Source of the DNA: Chiloscyllium plagiosum
Taxonomy: Eukaryota
Length of the DNA: 64,000 nucleotides
Assembly (NCBI RefSeq): GCF_004010195.1
Contig: NC_057752.1
Span: forward strand, 8,816,387 to 8,880,386
Reading direction: 5' to 3'
A program made the position numbers and the translations under genes. Numbering within the stretch: position 1 is the first letter of the stretch; the number at the start of each line of letters is the position of its first letter. This document shows positions 11,275 through 24,523 of the stretch, piece after piece. A model generated the notes under the pieces. That model ran no database searches and had not been told where the DNA came from. It saw only the letters and a program-made list of their open reading frames with translations.

Positions 11275-14200
11275 AAAAACTGGAGTGTCAGAGGTTCTGC
11301 TCATTCTGAGACATGGCTCTGAGGAAGTGGATTAGTGTCAAAGTCATAAAGGGTGACCTGGTGACAGGATACTGGCCTCTGTGGAGTTATTTCAGTGGTG
11401 TATTTGGATTTCCAAAAGACATTCATTAAGGTGCTGTTTAAAAGATGACACCACAAAATAAGAGCTAATTGTGTCAGGGGTGATGTGTTAGGAAGGATAG
11501 AGGACTGGCTAACTAACAGGAAGCAGACAGTTGAGATAAGTGGTTGTTTCATTTTGGCAGACTGTATTAGTGGAATGTAACAGGGATCAGTGATTAGGCA
11601 TTAGGTATCAATAACTTTGAAGGCATGAAATGTTTGGTCACTAAATTTACTGGTGATACACAGATGTGTAGGAAAGAAAGTTGGGAAGAGGACACAGAGT
11701 TTTGAAAGGGGATAACGTGATTAGGCATAAATTTGGCAGATGGAGTATGGTGTGGGTAAATGTGAGCTTGAATCACAAAGACTACAGTACATGTAGAGCA
11801 AGTAATTGGGAAGAAAACTGGAATGTTGACCTTTATTGCAAGATAAATGGAATATACAAGTAGAAAAGTGTTTCTACAGCTATAACAGGACTTAGAAGAA
11901 CTGCTTCTGGAGTACTATATCTGTACAATTCTGCAGGCTAAAGGTGTCAATGGAGTATGCCTTTGAATTAGAGGATCAGCTATAATCATGCTGAATGGCA
12001 GAGTGGGCTCAATGGGCTGAATGGCCTACTGCTGCTCCTATTTGCTATATTATGGAGGGATATAGTTGCATTGCAAGGTTAGCTCAGCTGATTATAAGAT
12101 TTAAGAAGCTGGCTTACGACAAAAGCTTGAGCAGGTTTGGCCTACACGTATTGAAGAGAACATTTCCTTTTTGCATATAAGTCTAGAACTAAGGACATGG
12201 CTTACAAATAAGACACTTCCCATTTAAATCGAAGATGATGGGAAATTTCATCTTTCATAAGGTCACTTGTCTTCGGAATTCACTACATCAGAAAGCAGAG
12301 GGAACTGCGTTGTAGTGAATATAATCCAAGGCTGAGTTAGACAGATTTTTGATTGGAGGGGATTTTTATCATCTAACTAAAGGAGAGACAAGTGAAAAAG
12401 GGCCACAGAAAAGATTAACTAATGGCAGAAATCAGAGATAGCCTTTTTTAGAACATGCACAAAGCTAAGTAAATGTTAGATCAGATTTGAGCATTCACTC
12501 CCCCTCGTATCCCACATACACTTATGTTCTGATGATCATTGTACCATTACAATACGGTTAGAGGTCAAATGTACAACATTTTATTTTTAGGAAAACACAT
12601 CTGTTGGATATTCCTTACACCAGTACCAGAAGGACATAAACATAGCTGAAAACTCAGTCTGGTTGGTATAGTGTTGCACATGAGCAGTGAAGTATCCCAT
12701 TGCACGTGCAAAGAATCATTAACTGTGGGAGACACTTACACCAGAATCCGATTAAAATTTCATTGTTAATTTGTTCTGCATAAAGTTGAAATTCATTTTG
12801 TAATTTGGTTGATATGGTTCTAGCAGAAAGTGAGGTAAACCTCAAACAAACAAACAGAAAATACTCAACAAGTCAGGCAGCATCTGTGAAGAGAAACAGA
12901 GTTAATATCTCAGATCACCAGAGGTAAACCTCACTGGTAACCTCCTACTCAAGGGGACCAGCAACCCACTTAACAGTCAAATATACTCCAAATTATCACA
13001 CTCTCTTTCAAACTGAATGTGTTGAATGGGTCTTTTTGTTCTATGGTGTGTCTGTCTACTTTAATGTGGATTTGTTATTTCTTGTATGGTGAATATTTAT
13101 TTTACTTGTTTTAAGATGAGTTCATTTGTGTTGCCTGAAGTCAATATTTAACAATGAATCTATTCACTTTATTCAGGTGGAGACACATGTTTTAAAGCAA
13201 ACAATTCCCTCCTGCCCCTCTCAGGCCAGAGAACCAATCTGAACATTCTAAACAAATGAGGTCTTGTTAAGTTGGATAACAAGGAAGTCTTCCACAAGTG
13301 ACCCTTGGTCAAATTGATCAGTGAAGTGTTGGCACAAATTAGATCGGTGTTTCCATGTATTTGATGATGCCCTAATGTTACTATTTTACTAAAGGTATAT
13401 AGGTAATCCAAGATGGAGGACGGGAAAAATTTCTGGCTGTAACAGCTGCTCCTTTATTGAGGTATTTTAGGTACTGGAGATGATTTCCTCAAATTCCAGG
13501 AGCAGCAATTACTGTTTTATATGCTGTTGCATTGTTTTGGAACTTTGAAAAAAAAAGTCAAAACAATAGCAGTTTTAAAAGGGAGAAGAACAAAGAAAGC
13601 ACATGTTGAGGTCAGTGCAGGAGAGAAAGAGAGAGAGAGAGAGAAAGAAACTGACACAGCAGTGAACCTGCACAGTAACTGCCTTTCCTGTTTGAATTCA
13701 TGTAATGCTGGACATCGGAGTGCATCTGGGAAAATTAACAAACAGTGAAATTCACAACTGATCTTGGAGGAACCGTTTGGGCGAAGTTCAGAGCACAGAA
13801 GTAGATAAGTGTATTGTTTTTAAGTGGGACCTACAGAACGTCTGCAGTAGTGAGTAGAGTGGGTTCATCCTTGATTATATGTTTTTTGAGACATGTCTCT
13901 TGATTAAACTTAAAATATAAGCCATAACTATTAATTTAACGTGGGGCAGTGTTTTGTAGAGGAATAAGACAATGTTATTTTCTGGGTCTGTAGATTGTGA
14001 AGGAGCAAAAATGGCCTTTAGTAGAGTGATATGTGCTTCTTGTCAGATGTGGGAGTTTAAAGAGAGTTGAAGGGTTACTGCAGATTATATCTGCAATAAA
14101 TGCTGTTGGTTGTGAATCTTATCAGATCGAATGGATCGGTTGGAGAGACAGTTAGAAGCAATGAGGAATTTGTAACAGCAACAGTATGTGATGGATAGCA

Positions 14201-16124
14201 GTTGTAGGAAGGGGGGGGGAAGTCTCAGATACAGTTACAGAGATGGGTTAACTCCAGAAAAGGTAAGAACGGTAGGCAGCTAGTGCAGGAGCCTTCTGTG
14301 GCTATACCCATTTCAAACAAGTATGCTGTTTTGGAAAATGTAGAGGGTGATGGATTCTCAGAGGAACGTAGCATGAACAGCCACGTTTCTGGTATTGAGA
14401 CCGGCTCTAATGCAATGAGGGGTACGTCGGGTTCCAAGAGATCAATTGTGTTATGGGACTCTCTAGTCCGAGGTACAGACAGACGTTTCTGTGGCCAGCA
14501 GCGAAAAATCAGAATGGTGTGTTACTTCCCTGGTGCCAGGATCAAGGCTGTTTCAGAGAGGATGCAGAATGTTCTCAAGGGGAGAAGGGCCAGCAAGACG
14601 TCATTGTCCACATTGGAACCAAAGACATAAGAAGGGAAAAGGTTGAGATTCTGAAGGGAGATTACAGAAAGTTAGGCAGAAATTTAAAAAGGAGGTCCTC
14701 GAGATAGTAATATCTGGATTACTCCCGGTGCTACGAGCTAGTGAGGGCAGGATTAGGAGGACAGAGCAGATGAATGCATGGTGGAGGAGTTGGTGTATGG
14801 GAGAAGGATTCACATTTTTGGATCATTGGAATCTCTTTTGGGGTAGAAGTGACCTGTACAAGAAGGACGGATTGCACCTAAATTGGAAGTGGACTAATAT
14901 ACTGGCAGAGAAATTTGCTAGAACTGCTCGGGAGGATTTAAACTAGTAAGGTGGGGGGGGATCCCAGGGAGATAGTGAGGAAAGAGATCAATCTGAGACT
15001 GGTACAGTTGAAAACAGAAGTGAATCAGTCAGGGCAGGCAGGGACAAGGTAGGACTAATAAATTAAATTGCATTTATTTCAATGCAAGGGGCCTTACTGG
15101 GAAGGCAGATGAACTCAGGGCATGGTTAGGAACATGGGACTGGGATATTATAACAATTACAGAAACATGGCTCAAGGATGGGCAGGACTGGCAGCTTAAG
15201 GTTCCAGGATACAAATGCTACAGGAAGGATAGAAAGGGAGGCAAGAGAGGAGGGGGAGTGGCATTTTTGATAAGGGATAGCATTACAGCTGTGCTGATGG
15301 AGGATATTCCCGGAAATACATCCAGGGAAGTTATTTGGGTGGAACTGAGAAATAAGAAAGGGATGATTGCGATTGTATTATAGACCCCCTAATAGTCAGA
15401 GGGAAATTGAGAAACAAACTTGTGAGGAGATCTCAGATATCTGTAAGAATAATAGGGTGATTATAGTAGGGGATTTTAACTTTCTGACTGGGACTGCCAC
15501 AGTGTTAAGGGTTTAGATGGAGAGAAATTTAAGTGTGCACAAGAAATTTTTCTGATTCAGTATGTGGATGTATCTACTAGAGAAGGTGCAAAACTTGACC
15601 TACTCTTGGGAAATAAGGCAGGGCAGGTGACTGAGGTGTCAGTGGGGGAGCACTTTGGGGCCAGCAACCATAATTCTATTAGATTTTAAATAGTGATGGA
15701 AAAGGATCGACCAGATCTAAAAGTTGAAGTTCTAAATTGGAGCAAGGTATTAGGCAAGAACTTTCAAAAACTGATTGGAGGCAGATGTTCGCAGGTAAAG
15801 GGACGGCTGGAAAATGGGAACCCTTCAGAAATGAGATAACGAGAATCCAGAGAAAGTATATTCCTGTTTGGGTGAAAGGAAAGGCTGGTAGATACAGGGA
15901 ATGCTGGATGACTAAGAAATTGAGGGTTTGGTTAAGAAAAAGAAGGAAACATATGTAAGGTATGGACAGGATAGATCGAGTGAATCCTTAGAGTATAAAG
16001 GAAGTAGGAGTATACTTAAGAGGGAAATCAGGACGGGCAAAAAGGAGACGTGAGATAGCTTTGGAAAATAGAATTAAGGAGAATCCAAAGGGTTTTTACA
16101 AATACATTAAGGACAAAAGGGTAA

Positions 16125-18407
16125 GGGTGTAGGTTTGCTCGCTGAGCTGTAGGTTTGATATCCAGACATTTCATTACCTGGCTAGGTAACATCATTAGTG
16201 GCGACCTCCAAGTGAAGCGAAGCTGTTGTCTCCTGCTTTCTATTTATATCTTTCTCCTGGATGGGGTTCCTGAGGTTTGTGGTGATGTAATTTCCTGTTC
16301 ATTTTCTGATGGGTTGATAGATGGCATCTAGATCTATGTGTTTGTTTATGGCGTTGTGGTTGGAGTGCCAGGCCTCTAGGAATTCTCTGGCATGTCTTTG
16401 TTTAGCCTGTTCCAGGATAGATGTGTTGTCCCAGTCGAAATGGTGATTTTTTTAACCATGCATAGGGCTACGAGGCAGAGAGGGTCGTGTCTTTTTGTGG
16501 CTANNNNNNNNNNNNNNNNNNNNNNNNNNNNNNNNNNNNNNNNNNNNNNNNNNNNNNNNNNNNNNNNNNNNNNNNNNNNNNNNNNNNNNNNNNNNNNNNN
16601 NNNNNNNNNNNNNNNNNNNNNNNNNNNNNNNNNNNNNNNNNNNNNNNNNNNNNNNNNNNNNNNNNNNNNNNNNNNNNNNNNNNNNNNNNNNNNNNNNNNN
16701 NNNNNNNNNNNNNNNNNNNNNNNNNNNNNNNNNNNNNNNNNNNNNNNNNNNNNNNNNNNNNNNNNNNNNNNNNNNNNNNNNNNNNNNNNNNNNNNNNNNN
16801 NNNNNNNNNNNNNNNNNNNNNNNNNNNNNNNNNNNNNNNNNNNNNNNNNNNNNNNNNNNNNNNNNNNNNNNNNNNNNNNNNNNNNNNNNNNNNNNNNNNN
16901 NNNNNNNNNNNNNNNNNNNNNNNNNNNNNNNNNNNNNNNNNNNNNNNNNNNNNNNNNNNNNNNNNNNNNNNNNNNNNNNNNNNNNNNNNNNNNNNNNNNN
17001 NNNNNNNNNNNNNNNNNNNNNNNNNNNNNNNNNNNNNNNNNNNNNNNNNNNNNNNNNNNNNNNNNNNNNNNNNNNNNNNNNNNNNNNNNNNNNNNNNNNN
17101 NNNNNNNNNNNNNNNNNNNNNNNNNNNNNNNNNNNNNNNNNNNNNNNNNNNNNNNNNNNNNNNNNNNNNNNNNNNNNNNNNNNNNNNNNNNNNNNNNNNN
17201 NNNNNNNNNNNNNNNNNNNNNNNNNNNNNNNNNNNNNNNNNNNNNNNNNNNNNNNNNNNNNNNNNNNNNNNNNNNNNNNNNNNNNNNNNNNNNNNNNNNN
17301 NNNNNNNNNNNNNNNNNNNNNNNNNNNNNNNNNNNNNNNNNNNNNNNNNNNNNNNNNNNNNNNNNNNNNNNNNNNNNNNNNNNNNNNNNNNNNNNNNNNN
17401 NNNNNNNNNNNNNNNNNNNNNNNNNNNNNNNNNNNNNNNNNAACCGACAACAAACTCGCATTCCTGGACGTCACAGTCTGAAGAAAGGACAACGGAGAAC
17501 TACAAACCAGCGTATACAGAAAACCGACAAACACTGACTAAATACTTAACTACACCAGCAACCATCCCAACACACACAACCGAAGCTGTATCAGAACACT
17601 ATTCCAACGAGCCACCACACACTGCAGCACAGACGAACTTCAGAAAACAGAGGAGAACCACCTATACAACGTATTCAAGAAGAACGGATACTCAAAAAAA
17701 ACTATAGTGCGCAGATTCCTCAAGAACAAACCACGACAAGCAGATCAAACACAGCCAGAAACCCTAACCACCTTACCATACATCAAAGAAGTTTCAGAAA
17801 TGACAGCCAGACAACTAAGACCCCTCAGAATCCGAATAGCACACAAACCCACCAACACTCTCAAACAAAATCCAACAAACTTAAAAGACCCAGTACAACC
17901 CATGGACAAAACCAACGTCATCGACAAAATTCCATGCAAGGACTGCCACAAACACTACGTAGGACAAACAGGAAGAAAGTTAGCCACCAGGATATACAAA
18001 CACTAGCAAGCTACAAAAAGACACGACCCTCTCTTCCTCGTAGCCCTACACATGGATGAAAAAAAAACACCATTTCGACTGGGACAACACATCTATCGTG
18101 GGACAGGCTGAGCAAAGACATGTCAGAGAATTCCTAGAGGCCTGGCAATCCAACCACAAAGCCATAAACAAGCACATAGATCGAGATGCCATCTATCAAC
18201 CCCTCAGAAAACGAACAGGAAATTACATCACCACAAACCCCAGGAACCCCATCCAGGAGAAAGTTATAAATAGAAAGCAGGAGACAACAGCTTCGCTTCA
18301 CTTGGAGGTCGCCACTGATTATGTTACCTAGCCAGGTAATGAAATGTCTGGATATCAAACCTACACCCTAAACCTCAACCTGAGCTACAAACCTTCACAA
18401 ACCTTGC
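16125..18407 (+). mobile_element. Penelope (Poseidon-like) element with inverted 5' pseudo-LTR, nested in CR1 ORF2
   Basis: 12-bp TSD acaaaagggtaa (16113-16124 / 18408-18419); GIY-YIG IPCKDCHKHYVGQTGRKLATR; 16125-16503 is the reverse complement of about 18010-18370. Confidence 0.9.
16504..17441. other. Assembly gap (N run)
   Basis: Ns. Confidence 1.
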
Positions 18408-20199
18408 ACAAAAGGGTAACTAGGGAGAGAATAGGGCCCCTCAAAGATCAGCATGCCGGCTTTTGTGTGGAGCTGCAGAAAATGGGGGAGATACTAAACG
18501 AGTATTTTGCATCAGTATTTACTGTGCAAAAGGATTTGGAAGATATAGAAAGTAGTGAAATAGATGGTGACATCTTGCAAAATGTCCATATTACAGAGGA
18601 GGAAGTGCTGGATGTCTTGAAATGGGTAGAGGTGGATAAATCCCCAGGACTTGATCAGGTGTACTCTAGAACTCTGTGGGAAGCTAGAGGAGTGATCGCT
18701 GGGCCTCTTGCTGAGATATTTGTATCATCGATAGTCACAGGTGAAGTGCCAGAAGACAGGAGGTTGGCTAACGTGGTGCCACTGTTTAAGAAGGGTGGTA
18801 AGGACAAGCCAGGGAACTATAGACCAGTGAGCCTGACGTCGGTAGTGGGCAAGTTGTTCGAGGGAATCCTGAGGGACAGGATGTACCTGTATTTGGAAAG
18901 GCAAGGACTGATCAGGGATAGTCAACACGGCTTTGTGTAGGGGAAATCATGTCTCTCAAACTTGATTGAGGTTTTTGAAGAAGTAACAAAGAGGACTGAT
19001 GAGGGCAGAGTGGTAGATGTGATTTATATGGACTTCAGTAAGGCGTTCCACAAGGTTCCACATGGGAGACTGATTAGCAAGGTTAGATCTCATGGAATAC
19101 AGGGAGAAGTAGCCATTTGGATACAGAACTGACTCAAAGGTAGAAGACAGAGGGTGGTGGTGGAAGGTTGTTTTTCAGACTGGAGGCCTGTGACCAGTGG
19201 AGTGCCACAAGGATCGGTGCTGGGTCCTCTACTTTTTGTCATTTACATAAATTATTTGGATGCAAGCATAAGAGGTACCGTTAGGAAGTTTGCTGATGAC
19301 ACCAAAATTGGAGGTGTAGTGGACAGCGAAGAAGGTTTCCTCAGATTACAACAGGATCTTGATCAGATGGGCCAATGGGCTGAGAAGTGGCAGAAGGAGT
19401 TTAATTCAGATAAATGTGAGGTGCTGCATTTTGGGAAAGCAAATCTTAGCAGGACTTATACACTTAATGGTAAGGTCCTAGGGAGTGTTGCTGAACAAAG
19501 AGACCTTGGAGTGCAGGTTCATAGCTCCTTGAAAGTGGAGTCGCAGGTAGATAGGATAGTGAAGAAGGCGTTTGGTATGCTTTCTTTTATTGGTACAGGA
19601 GTTGGGAGGTCATGTTGAGGCTGTACATGACATTGGTTAGGCCACTGTTAGAATATTGCGTGCAATTCTGATCTCCTTCCTATCGGAAAGATGTTGTGAA
19701 ACTTGAAAGGGTTCACAAAAGATTTGCAATGATGTTGCCAGGGTTGGAGGATTTGAGCTATAGAGAGAGGCTGAACAGGCTGAGGCTGTTTTCCCTGGAG
19801 CGTTGAGGCTGAGGTGTGACCTTATAAAGGTTTACAAAATTATGTGGGGCATGGATAGAATAAATAGACAAAGTCTTTTCCCTGGGGTGGGGGAGTCCAG
19901 AACTAGAGGGCATAGGTTTAGGGTGAGAGGGGAAAGATATAAAAGGGACCTAAGGGGCAATGTTTTCACGCAGCGAGTGGTACGTGTATGGAATGAGCTG
20001 CCAGAGGAAGTGGTGGGGACAGCTACAATTGCAACATTTAAAAGGCATTTGGATGGGTATATGAATAGGAAGGGTTTGGAGGGATATGGGCCGGGTGCTG
20101 GCAGGTGGGACTAGATTGGGTTGGGATTTCTGGTCGGCATGGACAGGTTGGACCGATGGGTCTGTTTCCATGCTGTACATCTCTATGACTTTATAACTC

Positions 20200-20362
20200 T
20201 ACTGCAGATGCTGGAAATCTGAAACAGAGAAATGCTGGAGAAACTCGGCAGGTCTAGCTGCATCTGTGGAGAGAAAAACAGAGTTAATGTTTCAAGGCTG
20301 ATATGACCGCTTCAGAAGAGTTTTTTCTCACTACAGATGCTATTAATCCTACTGAGTTGGAA
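20200..20362. mobile_element. Short Penelope-derived terminal fragment with inverted copy
   Basis: ctgcagatgctggaaatctgaa...catctgtggagagaaaaa followed by the inverted ttttctcactacagatgct. Confidence 0.6.
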
Positions 20363-21576
20363 TTGTTGTAATATTTAATTACATATTAAAGGAATATAAA
20401 TATGTCCACTGTTAGAGACTGATTTCATTTACTGTTTGATGTCTCAGTTTTAACTTCATTATAGTCTGATTATAGAATACTAATGGATCACTGTCTCTCT
20501 CATTTGCCTGGGGATTGCCAGTTATCCATCCAGTATTCGTGTCACCTATTCTGTAGATTACAGGAATTTCTGTAGCTATGAAAGCACTGGAAATCAGATT
20601 CCATTCCATTGCTACAGATTCCATTCCAGGCAATGTGCTAAAGTGAGTTAATATAGTGGTGATGGAGGAGAAGGAAGAAGTAAATTAACCATAGCAATAA
20701 TGACATTGTTCTAAAAAGGAGTTTTATTTATGGTTAAGTTGCACAAGAACCTGTGGGTCTTGCTGTGTATATCATGAATCATGAAGGGACTGCCATGGTC
20801 CCAGGCTATGGTGCACAAAATGAGAGATTTGAGTGTCAAGCCAGAGTCAAGATTTTAAAAGACAAGAAACTAGACACTGAGAATTTCCAACATGAAAATC
20901 AGAGCTGGCAGCAGGGATGACAGCCTATTCTGTGATATCCCAGTGTTGGTGAGTTCTTCCAGCCACGGCAAGTGGTCGACTTGTGTTAGCATTGGACAAG
21001 AGGGTTGACATAGAGGAAGGGTATTTGGAATAATTAGATGAGATTGGGGATGATGGCACAAAAAAACTCATTCGGCCTCATGGAAAGAAACCCTCCATGA
21101 AAGTCAACAAAATTAATATGCACCCCAAGAAAATAAGGTTCAACCCCACATCTTGAAATAAGATGGATGATGGGCAAGCAGGAGAGGCTTATTATTGCGG
21201 TAAACATGTACCTGGCAAAAAAGCAAGAGCCAGTCTGTCTTGCACAATTATCAATTTATTATACAAACAAGTGACAAGCTATGTCCATCACGTAAAACCT
21301 GGGAGATGCTAATCACCACAAATATTTTTATTTTCTCACCACTTCTCTGTTTCTCTCTTCCTGTTATTTCTATTTGTCTTTCTCTGCTCACAGTATATCT
21401 GGGTTTGCAATTACAAGTGCTACTTTTTAGTTATTGGTGAGTGAGAGAAAATTCGAGGCAATTATGCAGGCGCGATGATCCCAACATTCACTGAAGCAGT
21501 GGTAGATCTCCATTAAAATATATAGGTTTTATTTTATAGGGCTGATAGCTTTAACACAGTATCTAAATTAACATAA

Positions 21577-21850
21577 GGGCGACATGGTGGCACAGTGGTT
21601 AGCACTGCTGCCTCACAGCGCCAGAGACCTGGGTTCAATTCCCGCCTCGGGCAACTGTTTGTGTAGAGTTTGCACATTGTCTGCGTGGGTTTTCTCCGGT
21701 TTCCTCCCACAGTCCAAAAATGTGGAGGTTAGGTGAATTGTCCATAGTGTTAGTTGTAGGGGAATGGGTCTGGGTGGGTTGCTCTTCGGAGGGCCAGTGT
21801 GGACTTGTTGGGCTGAAGTGCCTGTTTCCACACTGTAAGTAATCTAATTT
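21577..21850 (+). mobile_element. HE1-like V-SINE
   Basis: tRNA head, V-domain, tail; aaattaa flanks. Confidence 0.88.
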
Positions 21851-23733
21851 TTAAAAATTAATAATAGCAGGATGATTCCCTATCTCCACCAACCACAACA
21901 AACACGCAGTAGATTCTGCTGGGGAGCTACAGCCAATAATCTTATTCCTTGTTATTATTGCTATGAAAGAATCCCTCTGTCTGGAGCTTGTCCAGTGTCA
22001 GCTAGACTGGCTGATCAGACTACTTCACTTGTCAGGCTTTGAAGAAAACTCCAAACAATGCAGTACCTCTCAGCCCGAGAATTAGTGATGCAAAAGCAAA
22101 GTCAAGTCGATGCTAGAATCTGAAATAAGAACAGAAACTGCTGGAAATACACAGCAGGTCAGGAAGCATCTGTAGAGAAGGAAAGTTAATGTCTCAGATC
22201 TGTGACCTTTCATCAGAACAGAAAATGAATGGCTAAGAATCATTGTTCACAGCAGCAAACACAGAAAAAACCTAACTCACAGGCAATGCAAGGTGACCGG
22301 TGTCAGTGGCAGCATGTGTCAGCCCAAATGAAAGCCTTTGTGACAAGAAAATAAAAAGTGGTAACAAACTGAAGTCAGTCTAAGTATCTGTAGTATAACA
22401 ATATTTTTACAGGAGAACAAAAGCACTGTTTGACCTAACTTCTCTTCAAAGGCAGGATAGTGAAAATGGATCTGTTTTGCTGTGTGTAGCTCTTCTCTCC
22501 TCTTTCTCCTCCCCACCCCTATCAAGTACTCTTGTGCTCTTGTGAAAATGCTGATGGTTACAGACGATGCCTGATTAAAACGATCAATCCACAGCACAGA
22601 GGCACTGCAAAGGCTCAAACTGGGACAACCTTCACCTATATTACTTCCAGTTTCAGATAGCCAAGTGAGTTTTTGAAAAGCAGAAGTAAAACACAATTAT
22701 AACTGATATACAAACGAGAATAAAAATACACAATGAGAATTTCCTGTATTTATATGATGGGGAAGGAGAGTGGATAAGTTGGAAAAATGTGAAACCCCTG
22801 AATATGTCCTGAAACGTTCCATTCTGTCTACATAACCCATTGGGTTAACCAATGCTTTGAATAGCATAGAGAAGAATATATTCAAATAGGTCCCAATGAG
22901 ACACAGTGCATAGAAACAGCAATAGAAACAGTTTTTCTCAATATTCACCATAATCCTTTTACAAAAGAAACATTTGTTACGAGACTATTAAAGCTGAAGA
23001 ATGAAGTAACACAGTGCACCTGGTCATATCGCTTCCCATTGAGATAGCAGAGAAAGGGGAAACTGGTTACTGGATTCCTTTCACAGATCTGATGCTTGCT
23101 GGTTTCAAAGAATAAAAGAATGATAACAGACAAGAGTCCATTATCCTTTGCTTCTCTGCAAAAACAATCCCTTGCCACTCTCCTGCAGCCTGCAAATATT
23201 CTCTCAGACAATCTCTTTTGAGACCTTGATTGAACCTGCCTGCACCACACTCTCAGGCAGTACATTCCAGATGCTCACCACTCACTGCATAAAGTTTTAT
23301 TTTCTCACGTTGCATCTTTTGCCCATCACCTCAAATCAGAATCCTCTGGATCTCAATCCTTCCTCCAATGAGACTAGTTTCTCCCGATCTACTCTGCACA
23401 GACTTTTCATGATTTTCAAATCCCCTCTTAATCCTCTATTTTCCAAGGAGAACACACCCAGCTTCTCCAATCTATGTAGGTAATTGAGCAGAATTGGTGG
23501 AGATCTAAATAAACAATTTGATTTTCTTATTCATTACCTGTTTATTCTGATCATCCCAAGCTCCAGTATTTGGACCAGTAACAGAAATAATTACAAATTA
23601 CAGTAAAATGACAGCAAAAGTAGCTTTTAGATTTATTGTTCCTGGATTTTCAAAGTCATTGCACAACTGACTTTGATATCAAAAGTGATAGCAAAAATAA
23701 AGCACATTGGTGTATTTGTCTGCACGAACTTAC

Positions 23734-23999
23734 TGGATTTTCCCTGCCATCTCCTTGGTGGTGGTGATCAGTTGGCCTGAAATTGTCCGTCTTTACACCA
23801 GTTGTCTCTCCAATGTACCACTGCATTTGCTCAGAATCTTTACTAGGAGCACAAATGCTGACTTCTGGTTTCGGTGGGACTTTCCCAGCAGCTGTACCAA
23901 ACAACCGTAACAAGTCAGTGGAACAGGAAACACTGAGATCTGTTCTCTTTTCATTTTAGAATCATCTTTTTTGTAACTCTTGTTTGCTCCAAACATTCA
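23734..23999 (-). other. Candidate upstream (mainly 5'UTR) exon of the TANK-like gene
   Basis: Non-repetitive segment with tattttcag acceptor and CCA|gtaagt donor; ends ATG GCA GGG AAA ATC CA, phase-compatible with the 2529-2650 exon. Confidence 0.3.
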
Positions 24000-24078
24000 C
24001 TGAAAATATGAATGTTTGCCATTGCCTTTCCGCCATCATCCCTTTAAGTAACATTCCCCAATCTATCATAGCCAACAT

Positions 24079-24428
24079 CACAGAATCCCTACAGTATGGA
24101 AACAGGCCATTTGACCCAACAAATCCACATTGACCGTCCGAAGCATAACCCACGCAGACCCATTTCCCTCCCCTATTGCTCTACATTTACCCCTGACTAA
24201 TGCACATAACCTACACATCCCTGAACACTATGGGCATATTAGCATGGTCAATTCACCTAACTTGCACATGTTTGGACTGTGGGAGGAAATTGGAGCACCC
24301 CGAGGAAACCCACACAGACACAGGGAGAATGTGCAAACTCCACACAGACAGTTGCCGGAGGCTGGAATTGAGCCCGGGTCCCTGGTGCTGTGAGGCAACA
24401 GTGCTAACCACTGAGCCACCGTGCCACC
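24079..24428 (-). mobile_element. HE1-like V-SINE
   Basis: Reverse-complement tRNA head and V-domain. Confidence 0.88.
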
Positions 24429-24523
24429 TCATACCATCATAGTTTCCACTGTTTAGATTCATGACCTGAGTTGCATAATCAACTATGTTACTGTCCATCT
24501 TGATGAGGAATTCTATTATATTA

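Larger units (their letters stand above)
3928..11394 (+). mobile_element. Decayed Ty3/Gypsy LTR retrotransposon (element 1)
   Basis: TG...CA LTRs at 3928-5093 and 11046-11394; PBS-like ggggtgacaag at 5094; PPT ggaggggaggga before the 3' LTR; disrupted protease, RT (KLDMSHAYLQL), RNase H (LTCDTS) and integrase (W..PGKSWTRLRIDFAGPF) in Gypsy order. Confidence 0.9.
3570..12420 (+). mobile_element. Old CR1-group ORF2 relic split by the Gypsy insertion (about 3570-3927 and 11395-12420)
   Basis: Left part ends FFEE...EAV; right part resumes VVYLDFQK; RT motifs are collinear across the Gypsy element. Confidence 0.65.
13400..20200 (+). mobile_element. Near full-length CR1 LINE (ORF1 zinc finger + SGNH esterase; ORF2 APE endonuclease + RT), disrupted
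   Basis: ORF1 about 14011-14946 with CxxC, (G)DSLVRG, VHIGT, DGLHLN; ORF2 fragments [28 protein letters not shown]; ctatgact tail; stops and frameshifts; 5' boundary approximate. Confidence 0.92.

Noticed and set aside
16376..17707. Long 330-400 aa ORFs in the ORF track
   Set aside because: Artefacts of translating through the N gap.
21577..21650. tRNA-like sequence
   Set aside because: It is the head of a V-SINE, not a tRNA gene; the same applies to the other three copies.
22319..23265. Several minus-strand ORFs and possible splice sites
   Set aside because: No recognisable protein similarity; weak donors.
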